Shown here piece by piece: positions 1 to 11,989 of a stretch of 64,000 nucleotides of DNA. Position 1 is the first letter of the stretch, and each line of letters starts with the position of its first letter. Source of the DNA: Octopus sinensis (taxonomy: Eukaryota); NCBI RefSeq assembly GCF_006345805.1, contig NC_043016.1, positions 13,144,001 through 13,208,000 of the forward strand. The letters run 5' to 3'. Both the position numbers and the translations under genes were made by a program. The notes under the pieces are model-generated. The model saw only the letters and a program-made list of their open reading frames with translations. It made no database searches and was not told where the DNA came from.

Positions 1-1739
1 CATCCTCCAAAATATTAATTGATATACTTGCTCACACACACCTGTGTGCATATGATATGACCTTTTACTCCTTAACCTTTTACCCACATACAGTTATCTT
101 CCAAATGCAATGTAAGGCCTCACACCAGGTACAGTAACTTCATGAATAGAACTCTTGGAAGTATTTTTCAGTGGGGTCAAAACGAATTGGTCGTAGGCAT
201 ACATGGTCAAGGTGGACCTAAACCAAACAACTACCAGCTGCATTTCTTACTACAACAGCCTCTGTTTTTCTGAATTAGCTATTTACATGCCCTTTCTATC
301 CACACCCCAGTATCTAGAATTCCTTCTAGAATTCTCTTCTGGCCTTCATTTTTGCTGTAGAAACTTACCTATATAGAAAGGGAGATTGCATATTCCAGGG
401 TATACTGCCACTGCTCAATTGACTCTACTACAGCTTATATATAAGGTTCTAAAATATTAACTAAAAGTTTATAAATAGACCAAGTTGAATATTTGTTTAG
501 AGTAAAAGGTTTTTAAAAGATAATTATAGTTTTTTTTTTTTTTTTCTGAAAATTACATTATGTTGTGAAATGCTTGTCAGATTGTCATCTTGAGGGTTAT
601 GTTTAATGAATACACACCATTTAAAGAAACAATGCTGTAGTTTTTGTCTTGGAGAGAAATCTCTTCATGAACATGTATTACAAGTGTGATGGAGACATCT
701 TGCAAGTTTTTTTTTTTTTTTGTCAATCTTTTCATCAATGCCACTAATTATCTTTTGGCTATCGACTGCTACAAAACTGACATTTACTTATCAGGAAGCA
801 AATGTTTGTTTGGTCACTAGTATTTCTCTATAAAGCAATCAGATGTGACAATATTGTTGTCTAGTTAGTGAGTGAGTGACCTCTTTGTTTAGGTTTGGTG
901 ATATTTGTAGTTTTTAGTTTTATTTATTTTGATATCTATTCCTCAATATTTTTATTGCCTGCATAGTATATACATACATACATACATACATACATAAATC
1001 CATAAACATTTTCATTTGTGGATTAACAATGCTACCAATGGATTCATGCTGATTGTCACCTGCATCCAAAATGGAGACGATGGCCAGCATTTTTAAGTGG
1101 ATTGCTTGAAGATTGTGGAAATCTTTTCCAAATGAAACCATTGACAGTATAGTTAATCCACAAAAAACAAAAAAAAAGGAATATTTATTCATCAAATGCA
1201 GTGTTGAGTACCCATTTTCATTGTTCGATATTATCAGAGGTGTGTAACATCCATCCTCATCTACAATAATTAAACATCTTGGCTGATATTTACATCTTCA
1301 TATGTTTCAATCAGTTTCATCTCTATTCATCACAGATGTCTACATCTTGGTTATTTTTAAAATTATTTTTATTGTTACAATAGTCATTGGACTGTGGCCA
1401 TGCTAGAGCACCAGCTTCAAGAATTTTAGTTGATGACTTTTGACTTGTTTTGTTTTGTTGATGGTTAAGTTGATTTTCACTAAATAAACACCAGGTTTAT
1501 GGTCAGCTACTTTATTTTGCTCTGTTTGTTGAATGGCTAAGCTACCTTTTAACACATTGATATACAAAACTATATATGCACATACATTTTCATATATACA
1601 TATGTATAATTATCATTGTCTAATATCCATTTTCCATGCTGGTATGGGTTGGACAGTTTGACTGGAGAGCTGCACTGGGTTCCAGTCTGTTTTGGATGTA
1701 AGAACAGCAGCACCACAATTAAGTGGATCAGCTGTATAG

Positions 1740-2010
1740 AGAATAATTTGACTGTGGCCATGCAGGAGCACTGCCTTGAAGGGTTTTAGTCAAATCAATC
1801 CCAGGACTTATATTTTTCTTAAGCCTAGTACTTATTCTATCGGTCTCTTTTGCCAAACTGCTAAGTTATGGAAATGTAAACACAAAGGCACATACACATA
1901 TAATGAAGGGCTTCTTTCATTTTCCATCTACCAAATCCACTCACAAGGCTTTGGTTGGCCCGAAGCTATAGTAGATGACACTTGCCCAAGGTGCCACTCA
2001 GTGGGAATGG
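1740..2010 (-). mobile_element. tRNA-derived SINE family A (partial)
   Basis: Colinear with 42965-43365 (gactgtggccatgc...agcctagtacttattctatcggtctcttttgcc...ccactcacaaggctttgg). Confidence 0.85.
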
Positions 2011-2751
2011 TGTATAGGCATATGAATATTGTTAATAAAAATACAATTCCAATCTAAAAACTCGGCTCCTATGTTGAGTTTTAGTGACAGATATATTAGT
2101 AATTTCATTTTATATATTCACTTACAGCACCTATTGAGATGACTACCACTAACTACCTTTAAGTGACATGTAAATCACCCATTTCCACAAAACTAAGGAC
2201 ATGCCATTACCAACAGCCTACTTGCCCATGCAGCCATACAATCCAATCTCATATTTTGGGGACTAAAGAAACATTAGCAATACATAGGGGTGTTCTTTTG
2301 GTATTTTTTAATTCCTAAACTCTTTCCATCTATCCATTTTGTAACCTGAATGAACACAAAGGAAGAAACTTTGGAATGCATATTTTGAATAGCTGCACTA
2401 TAACTATCCCATCTCTCTATCCCACTCTGCCCTACTCCACACTTGTAACAGTTTCCATCCACTGAATTCATTCAGAAAATGGCTTTGTTGGTCTTTTGCT
2501 ATGATAGAAGACAACTGCTCTAAGAACCACTTGGCCATGACAGCCTCCAAGAATTTTACTGACTCTGTTTGTCTCTCTCTTTCTCTCTCTCTATCTCATC
2601 TGAGCATGGTCGAAGCAAGATATCTTCTAAGAAAAGTTGTGAGGTTTATTCTTGAACATACATGCACTTATATAATATTATTGTTCTTTCTTATGAAATA
2701 TATAGAACTGCTAAAAAGAAGTGCTCAGGTTGAACCCGAGACAAAAGATAA

Positions 2752-3625
2752 GAATTAAGATATAAACTCAAATTAGGCAATCATACTCATACATTTATAA
2801 ATTCAACTTAAAATGCGTTTACATATATTAATGCATATTGACACATATGAATATTTAAAAAAAATATTCATAAAATATATATATATACATAAAAATACAT
2901 GTAAATAAAACCCATGTGGGATATGTATGGAAGGAAGTGTGAGAAAAAAAGGAATGAAAGAAATTTTTCTTGTACAGAAATTAAGAGCGGTTAAGAATTT
3001 TGATTAAAAGAACCATAGTTTGGAGGGGTTTTTTTTTGTTGTTTTTTTAAAATATAAATGGAATATAAAGTATATAATACAGTTGAAGGAGGTTCACTTT
3101 CAACGGCCATTTCTAAAGCTCATGTCCTGATAGAAAAATTAATAAATTTTACAAACCATGTGGACAATGTCCCCTTCATCAAGAAAGATATCCTCATAAA
3201 ATTACATTCTTGAAACGAATAAAAGAATTTATTAAATTTTCTATCGGGACATGATCTTTAGAAACAGCTGTTGAAAGTGAATCTCCTTCAACTCTATTAT
3301 ATATCTTTTATATATACCATTTAGATTTTAAAAAAAAACACACTTAACTCTATGGATCTTTTAATCAAAACTCTTAACCGCTCTTAATTTCTGTACAAAA
3401 AAATTTTTTCCTTCATTCCTCTTTTTCTCACACTTCTTTCCATATATATCCCACATAGGTTTTATTTACATACATTTTTATGTATGTTTATATATATATA
3501 TTTATAGTTTATGAATATATTTTTTAAAATATTCATATGTGTCAATATGTATTAATATATGTAAACGCATTTTAAGTTGAATTTATAAATCTATGATTGC
3601 CTAATTTGAGTTTATATCTTAATTC
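2752..3625. mobile_element. Foldback/MITE-like element: ~400-bp imperfect inverted arms (2752-~3150 and ~3227-3625) around a ~75-bp spacer
   Basis: Left arm begins gaattaagatataaactcaaattaggcaatcat. The right arm ends with its reverse complement (atgattgcctaatttgagtttatatcttaattc). Complementarity is traceable along the whole arm (e.g. aagagcggttaag/cttaaccgctctt). No ORF; TSD not resolved. Confidence 0.85.
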
Positions 3626-4062
3626 CTTTATATATAATTCCTTTATATATATAAATATATATACACACACATACACTTGCACACATAAACATGCATTCAT
3701 AGTTTTTTTTTAATAAATCATGTTTTAAGCTTAATGGGAACAGTGTGGTGACATTTTTCCGTTATTTTTTGTTCATATTTGTGATTTTTAAAAAAATACT
3801 TATATATATATTTTTTGTTTTAGTTACTTTTGAATTTTCTTTTCTAATTTTATTTTTTGTTATCGTTAATATTTTTTTTTTTATTTAATTTAATTTTACT
3901 AATCTTTTGAAATCTGTTTATTTTTCTGTCTAACATTTATTATAATTTTAAAGCTTTTCTGTTATGTAAACAATTATTTTCTGTTTTATTTTATTAATGT
4001 GATAAGCTTATAGGGTCTGCTTACAGCTGATTGTCACATTCTGTTCCCTGCTTATGTTGTAG

Positions 4063-4251
4063 GACATCAATAAGAGCTCTTTAACAACTTATTCCTACCA
4101 ATCTGCTTTTGCTCCTGCATCTAAGCGAAAACCATACACATCAAATCTCCAGTCTTCTTTTTCCACTCTGCAGTCATCTTGTAGGAATTCTTCTTTGCTA
4201 AAGAAGGATGATGTTCTTGCGAAAAAGAGAGAATTGTTCAACAGCAGGCAG
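4063..4251 (+). CDS. Candidate internal coding exon (phase 0-0), Ser-rich: DINKSSLTTYSYQSAFAPASKRKPYTSNLQSSFSTLQSSCRNSSLLKKDDVLAKKRELFNSRQ
   Basis: Acceptor ttctgttccctgcttatgttgtag| and donor CAG|gtttgt bracket 189 nt (63 codons) with no stop in very AT-rich DNA. No recognisable domain. Confidence 0.5.
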
Positions 4252-6289
4252 GTTTGTTGTCTTACTGAATGTTATATTAAGCAATTGGTTAAATATTCTA
4301 GCCATTTAAATTAATCATATTTTCTTAGTGCCGGAAGTGAGTTAGCCTCTTGTTATGATCTTTTGCGATTATAAGATAAAGCAATTTGAAGAAGTTAAGT
4401 GCCGGCCAGCATGAAGAAAGACAAAAACTAGATTAGGGTTATGAATATTTTTACAAACATGTCTCAACAGGAATATTGCAATGTTGAAGACAAGTTTTGT
4501 ATAAGATGATTAACCAACATCGGCCCCCATCCCTGAAAAAAAAGGAGCTAAAACTCATCAGTTTAATCCTTATATTCTTGTGGCAAAAATAGTAATAATT
4601 AGATATTTAATTATGTAATTCAATATAGTGTTTAAACAATAGCTAGTAATTTCAGTATACTAGTAGTTACATATTTTGTGATACATAGATGAGATATGTA
4701 TATTATTTACATTAATAATATAGAAAGAATACCAAGATATTCATAAAGAATTCCTAGTCTTCAATGTTAATCTGATTTGATTGTTTAATCTTTACTGTTG
4801 CATGGTTGCAAATACATTCAGTCTGTCATTTGAATATATTAGAATCGAATAGCTATTGTAGTCTACATGGACCGCAGAGTGGATTACCAGCCAAGAAACT
4901 TTTGTTCTAATCGAAAAGAGATTAAAAGAAATTAGAACCCTCATTGGCTGTTTTCATCAAATGTTCATCTTCCTCCTCATCCTCCTCCTGACATAACAAC
5001 TTTCCATCTGTTTACGCGCACTTAAAATTGAATTTCTCCTAGAATGAGTACCAATTCCTCATATGTTTTACATTGGTCTTAAAACAAAGCCATTACTGCA
5101 CAAATGTTATCGGAAAAATTTTTGTTTTTTTTGGTGGGGCGTATTTTTTTCTCTTTCCCCACTTTTCATCATAATAATTCATTGCAACTATATCTTCTTA
5201 ATTCCATTACAAATCTTTATCAAATTATATACAATGTCTGTGTTTTTCTTTTGGCGGGGTTTCACACTCCCCATATCAGCATGTGTATTTTCCATTTCTT
5301 AACTCTTCATAACATTATGGAACCTTGAACGTATGGGAGGGAGAGTATCATGCATATCTCTGTTGCATCTTATGTTGTGTGTGTATATATGTGTGTGTCT
5401 TGGTTGCATGTACTTTTACATTCTTTTTATTTACTTTTTTTTTTAAATATGACAATTTAACTTGGTTTTGAATAATATTTTAGCATTGTTTGTGCTGAAC
5501 TATTAACTACACAGGTGTTAGATTAACAGCTACAATTCTCTCTTACATTAACAATCTTATTTACATTTCTGTCTCCCTATACTTACGGTCAGAAAGGCCT
5601 ATAAAATCTACTCTTCCATTTGTATATACATTAAGTCAATATTGCCTTTCACCTGTCTGGGTTGTGGTGTGAATGAAAAAAAAAATAGCAATCAGAAATC
5701 TGTATAATAAGATATTGATTATGGCCTTTCATCACAGTCCAAAGTCAGAATTATAGAATGTATCCTACTCTTCTACTGGTCTCAGACAATGGACTATGGT
5801 CATGCTGGGGCACCACTTTTCAAATATTTTAGTTGATCATAATGATCATGGTACTTACTTCAGTCTGATACTTTCTGATTTCTATTTGTCAAACCACCAA
5901 GTTACAAGACAAAGGCACACAGCATAAATAATGTACAGGAACCATAAGAATATGAAATATATAAAAACAAAAGCATATTCTGATGTTGTTGTTGGTATTA
6001 AAGATAGGGGAACACAAATGCTTACTAACACAATGCTTCCTAATGTCTTTGAGTCACTTTCAATAATGTACATATTGCTTATCAATAATTTTCACTAAAA
6101 TCACTGAATCATTGATGGATGATAACATTCCTGTGTTTGTTGTCAGGTCATCTCTGTACTCTGTATTAGCTAATGTGAAAGTCACACACTATAAAGTAAC
6201 CAACAATAACTTTATAACCAGAATAATTAATGATATTGATTCAATTTCTAATAACTTTATGAAAAATTATTCAAAATGAATAAAAGTTT

Positions 6290-7080
6290 GTCTCAGTATT
6301 TTGTAAGGTATCATCCCTTTGGAGCTCATATTGGGACTTTCTCTTGATTAATCATAAATTTGATTTAATTACCACTGAGAGATGGATCCACATCTATCCA
6401 CTGTTTGATCAATGCATCTTTCAGCTCCCTAATTAATGCAATTTTTTTATCTTTCTCACAATCTTTTGCCAAGGTATTTCTATATGTGTACTTTTAGATT
6501 AAAATCAGGTTTTTTAATAAATCGTTCCAGAGGTTTGATTCTGTGAGCATCCAAGTTTGTGATAACTTATTTGTGTGACATGGAGTTCTGTATTCTTACG
6601 AATTAATGGAATAGGTGGGTAATAAACCCTTTCAAGTATTTGACAGTATTTTAGGTCATTTAAATGGTTTTCAACTAAAGAAAAATTAGCTTTGATCTCT
6701 GTATTACCTCACCTGCCCCCTCTCCTCCCATACAATAATTCCAATGCTCCAATGTTTAACCGTTCCTTGCAAACAATCAGATGCCATGTTTCACTTTAGT
6801 TGCCCAATACATGTTTCTCATTGGTAGGAAGAATTGCAGATTTGTTTTGTCAGACCTAAATTTCTCTACATTGTTGCAGAACTATTTCACCTATTTGATC
6901 ATTTGGTCTCATCTTTCTTGCATCTCTTCATGCATATATCCAAGCCAATACTGTTCTGATGCCATATGGTGACATGTCTATAGAATTTACAACCTCTTTG
7001 CACCGTCAGAAACTTATCTGTAGCTTTCTTGAGTTCTTTTACACTCATCAACATCCTTCTTCAATCCACCTTTTGACTAG
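6290..7080 (-). pseudogene. Decayed Tc1/mariner transposase
   Basis: Minus-strand fragments DCLQGTVKHWSIGIIVW (cf. PTVKHGGGSVMVWG), TPCHT, PDFNLKVHI*KYLGKR (cf. PDLNPIENLW), ELKDALIKQWIDV and terminal KG*YLTKY* (cf. KGGYTKY*). Many stops and frameshifts. Confidence 0.75.
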
Positions 7081-7379
7081 TTATTCCCCTATTTTATGAT
7101 TAATATGAAAAAAGCAAAAAAAATTTTTTTGATTGGATTCTACCATGTTGATACCAGATGACTTGCCTTCATGTAAAGCCAAATATTTGACTGATGTACA
7201 GGTACAAAACTACCGGTGGATCATATTTATTTACATAACATTTACATGATAATATATGGAAAACTTAGCAGCTAACAACTGCTACAAATGCTCAGAAACT
7301 GTTGTGATTGAAGCCTGTTCATTCCGTCATCTTGTCTTATAAATGTGTGTGTACATGTAATCTCACTGTATCAACAGGG

Positions 7380-7700
7380 CTATTGAATGTTATATATCGC
7401 TGGTCACAATGCACTTCCAATTCTTTCTTGATTGCACCATTGTTTTCCCATCTTGACCTGAATCGTTTAACTAAATTGTCTTCCCATCATTGTTGAAACC
7501 TTTCAAGTGGCCGTTTCCAATCTTTTGTCAACTTTTGTCTGTAAACCTTGCAAAATGTCCAGTCCATCCAAACTTGTGTTTTTGGTATTCTGTGGTCATG
7601 TCATTCACTCCACACCATTCTGGAATTATCGCCTGTATTATAAATAACTCGGTGAATGTTTGGCAAGAACTTTGCCCAGAAATAAAGAGTGAATATTGGA
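7380..7700 (-). mobile_element. RTE-type LINE 3' fragment (decayed)
   Basis: IPEWCGVNDMTTEYQKHKFGWTGHFARFTDKS resembles the post-RT motif KWxWAGHIARxxDxRW of RTE-type LINEs. Confidence 0.6.
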
Positions 7701-7974
7701 ATGTTGTGTTTGAGCCAATGTTATTCTTTTCATATAAACACACACAATACACAGGCATATTGTATGCATAGAAAGGGAGTGAGAGAGAGAGGGCATGGAA
7801 GTATTACTATGAAAGGCTGCAGGATGTGGAAACTTTAGCAAAAAGAGTGTCCACTTCAAATATACATCTAGGATGGCCATGCTAATCATTACACCATGAA
7901 TTGAGGGTTTGGTGCATGAGCCGGATGTAGCTATAGGTACAAGTATGATATAGATGCAGGACAGCTGTATTATT

Positions 7975-8335
7975 AAGTTTGATTCCCAACCAAGTGGACC
8001 CAGTTTCATCCCACTGTGTGGCACCTTGGGCAAGTGTCTTCTACTAAAGACCCAGGCCAACCAACCACCTTGTGAGTCAGTTTGATAGGCAGAAACTGAA
8101 AGAAGCCCTTCATGTGTGTGTGTGCTGTTATCTTGACATAACATGGTGGTTGCAAATGAGTAGCATTGTCATACTGGTGATGGTGTCTGTTTCTAGTCTC
8201 CAATGGGGAAATATTACTTTGCTTGGAAACAGGTAAGGGTTGACCTCAGGAAGGGCATCTGGACATAAAGAACCTGCCTCAGTGAATTCCATTTGATTTG
8301 TGCAGGCTTAGAAAAGTGGACAGTAGATGATGATT
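7975..8335 (+). mobile_element. tRNA-derived SINE, family A-related (diverged)
   Basis: ccactgtgtggcaccttgggcaagtgtcttctact...gaaactgaaagaagccc body shared with 42965-43365. Confidence 0.75.
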
Positions 8336-8539
8336 ATAGGAGAAAGGCTTTATTATTATTGTTTTTTTTTATATATACATGTTTGTATGTGTGCTTAATT
8401 AAGGGCTACAGTGTTTCTAAATACATTAAGATAACGAGGCGACCATGAAAAGTGGGTATAAAAATGTTGATGACAAAACAAAAGGTGTGTGGGAGAGAGA
8501 GAGAGAATATGGAGGGAGAAAATACTGTGTCGTCCAATA

Positions 8540-8912
8540 AGTATCGTTGTAGCACTCCATCGGTTATGATGATGAGGGTTCCAGTTGATTCGATCGATGG
8601 AACAGCCTGCTTGTGAAATTAACATGCAAGTGGCTGAGCACTCCACAGACACGTGTACCCTTAACGTAGTTCTCAGGAAGATTAAGTATGACACAGTGTG
8701 ACCCTTTGAAATACAGGTACAACTGGAAGAAAGAGTGAGAGAAAATTGTGGTGAAAGAGTATAGCAGGGTTCACCACTGCCCCCTGCTGGTGCCTCATGG
8801 AGCTTAGGTGTTTTTGCTCAATAAACAGTCACAATGCCCAGTCTGGGAATTAAAACTGCGATCCTACGACTGTGAGTCTGCTGCCCTAACCACCGGGCCA
8901 TTTTGCCTCCAC
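8540..8912 (-). mobile_element. tRNA-derived SINE family B (older copy)
   Basis: Colinear with 47335-47711; tRNA-like head at the 8912 end. Confidence 0.85.
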
Positions 8913-11122
8913 CAATAAGCATAGTGGACAAGACAAAAGCGTGTGAGCTAGTAGTGTGTAAGACCATGTAAATTTGTGTAATGAAAACAGTGTAACAGAA
9001 TGCAACAAGTTTTACGAAAAGCTAAACAGATTAGACACTTTGAACAAACTTTTTGTTCATCTCAGATTACAAAAGCCTTTTGTGTCTCTTGTAATTGAAA
9101 TTATTTTAACAAATCCAAGAAACATGAATGTGTATTAGGTAGGTTAGGATTAAAATATTTATTGCAAAATATGTTAAACTAGGAAAAAGAAGCAATTATG
9201 CACTGAGGGGCAAAAACAATGTTAAGTTAATGTTATCTGAGCAAGTGTATGGGAGACAACTCTGAATGTTTTGTTGTTCTTATGACCTCATCAGCTGAGA
9301 ATAGGCTTCACTCTACTTGAAGTAATAATGAGAGAATCATTAAATATATTGTTTATCCATGACTGGTGTTGAGAACAATTGTTAGTTATTTAAACTTCCA
9401 TGTATATCATGGTACTGCTTATTATTTAACAGTGCTTTTGCATTGAATAGTAGCTGGTATCATAAGGGTACAAGAACATTCAGATGAATAACAATCACTA
9501 AGCAATTGTACGATTTTGTACACAGGTCTTGTTTTATAGAATTGTTTAGGGAGGAAATAACTCAGATACAATCTGCATGAACGACAATAATTTAATTAGA
9601 ATTAACTTTCAACTACTTCTTGCTACACTGTCAAATCCAATGCTTAATTATCCATATTATTTTGAATTAATCATGCATTATCTCATAGCTCTGGAATTTT
9701 AAATACTGCTTATTATTAAAATGACATTGTAGGGTAAGTGTGAGAAGCCAGATCTGGTTGGTTTGAACATAAACCAGGTAGAATATTTGGGTAACTTATG
9801 GCTAATTTAAATGCTAAAGAATTGATTATTGTTAACTTGAAATAATTAGGCAAATATTGGGGCAAACTGACAGGAGAGACTGCATAGAAGTGGACTGAGC
9901 AGTAGACAAGGACTGAAGTCTCTGAAATAGAATGAAAAATTCTATGATTGCCTGGTGAAGAAATATAAAGAGAATAAACAAAGCACATTTCTGTAAATGT
10001 ATGTGAGTTCACTTGAATAACCAAAGCTACTTCTCTTACTTAGATTATTTTGGAAGCAAAGCTAGAGAGAAAAGAGTTGAGGGTAATGGTACCAATGTAT
10101 AAAGTTGGTAAAGGCCAGTGGTGGTATGGATAAGCTGCTAAATTTAATAACCTACAGGTGGTTGGTTCAACCTATACTACTGTTATTGTTCTAAAACAAG
10201 ACTTCTTTTTGTCTTGAGCAAAAAAAAAAAAAAAGTTATAGACTAATGAACTATATATTCTTATATATATATATTTTTTTTCTTATATATGTGATTGATA
10301 CTGAATGACAAGAAAAGGCAAAGATAAAGATAGATTTCAGAAACCATATTTCACTACTTGGTCAGGGATAAAGAGAATTTATCAAATTATCTTTATCAAT
10401 TTTTGCGAGAAATGACAATAAATGTTTTATATTTTGCAGGGTGACTGTATTTATTGCTCTTGTATATTTTCTTACATTAGTATTCAGTTTTGATTTTTTT
10501 TTTTTCATCACAACCATTCCATGATTTTGGAATATCTTCCTTCATTTGCAACGTACCGTCTAGCTCAGTTAACATTGTCAAATATCACATCAAACAAACT
10601 GTTATTCTGAGATTTCAAAACTCCTCGTGTCTCGGAATCAATCTTCTCAATTATCACTCTTTGATATATATACTAAATTCTGATTCATTCTCACTTCATC
10701 ATACTACCATCAAACCTTTCCTTAAGTGATTCTAGCACCCCATCAGTATCATTCTATCATATACTTTATTTATTTATTTATTTATTCTTTCATTCATTCA
10801 TTCATTCATAAAATCATTTTCCTGCCAGATAAAATGGCTGAATTCATTATTTCTAGAAGCATGCATTAAATTTCCCTACTTTCAAAATAAATAAATAAAG
10901 AAAAAATACAAAAGAAAAAAAGAGCAAAAGCAACAAGGATTCTTTGAATAAATGAAATGCAAAGTTTCGATAATTCCAACTGTCAGTGGAATCTGAATTT
11001 TCAATCACAATATAATGATTGGTAACGACTTTACTTAAAGTTCTATTCAAATTAAATGTTACTTATTGAGACTTCTGCTAAATTAGTCATTAATACTTTC
11101 ATGGTTATATAATTCAATTTAA

Positions 11123-11285
11123 CCCTTTATCATTTAAACTGGCCAGATCCAACATCTCACACCTACCCTACAATGTCCATTTAAAAACAAACAATCACAT
11201 CTTCAAACTCTCAAAACTATGAGATAATGCATGATTAATTAAAAACAATATGAATAGATAAGCATTAGATTTGACTGCTAAAGCG
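11123..11285. mobile_element. piggyBac-like MITE (TTAA-flanked)
   Basis: ttaa|cccttt ... aaagcg|ttaa ends; internal sequence homologous to 26281-26491. Confidence 0.65.
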
Positions 11286-11989
11286 TTAAGGGTATGTTTC
11301 TAATTTAAGTAAAGAAATTCGTGTAATTACTTGAAATCATTCTCTCCTTCTCAGCTACATTTGTTTTTAGTAATCTGTTTAGTGTCAGAAATTATATTTA
11401 AGAAATAAATCTCTCAGAGCTCACCATATCATTTAATCCCTTGAGTGGTACGACTGTTTTGATTTAAAACTAGAGAACAGGTATACTCCATTCCCTGCTG
11501 TCACTGGGTGGTACTTAAATCTACTTGTTTCACTGTACCTATCTGGAATCGAGAATAATTGTTGCTGAGATCTGCTGGGGAAATTATCAGTCATTAACTT
11601 ACAAACATACATTGGTATCATATCAGACCCTTGAGTTTTAGGTTAAGAGATACATACTGTGAATAGTTTAACATTACTTGACTGTAGGGAAATAATTGCA
11701 TAGGTCTCTGAGGAAAGTTGGTTGTGATTGACTTATAATCCTATCCAAGAGTTAATGTTTTAGAAACCAGACACATTCCTTTACCCTAAGGACCCTGCTC
11801 CTACCATATGCATCCTATTCCCAACTAATTTTTAAGTTTGATCAATTTTAATCCAATAAATTCTTTGTTTTGAAAGATATTTTGCTCAATGGTGTTTACA
11901 AGAGGTCCTGGAAATAATTTCTACTTTGTTTCTAATTATTTTTGAAACACTGTTAGAATATGGAGTTTATTATTACACGTATTAGATAT

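Noticed and set aside
6373-6479. Apparent minus-strand exon NTLAKDCEKDKKIALIRELKDALIKQWIDVDPSLS with AG/GT ends
   Set aside because: It lies in register within the Tc1 transposase relic (ELK..I...W motif followed by KG.YLTKY*), so it is TE-derived.
9868-10740. Several short minus-strand open segments with splice-like ends (9868-9921, 10040-10061, ~10690-10748)
   Set aside because: No consistent phase chain or recognisable protein; compatible with chance or an ancient TE relic.
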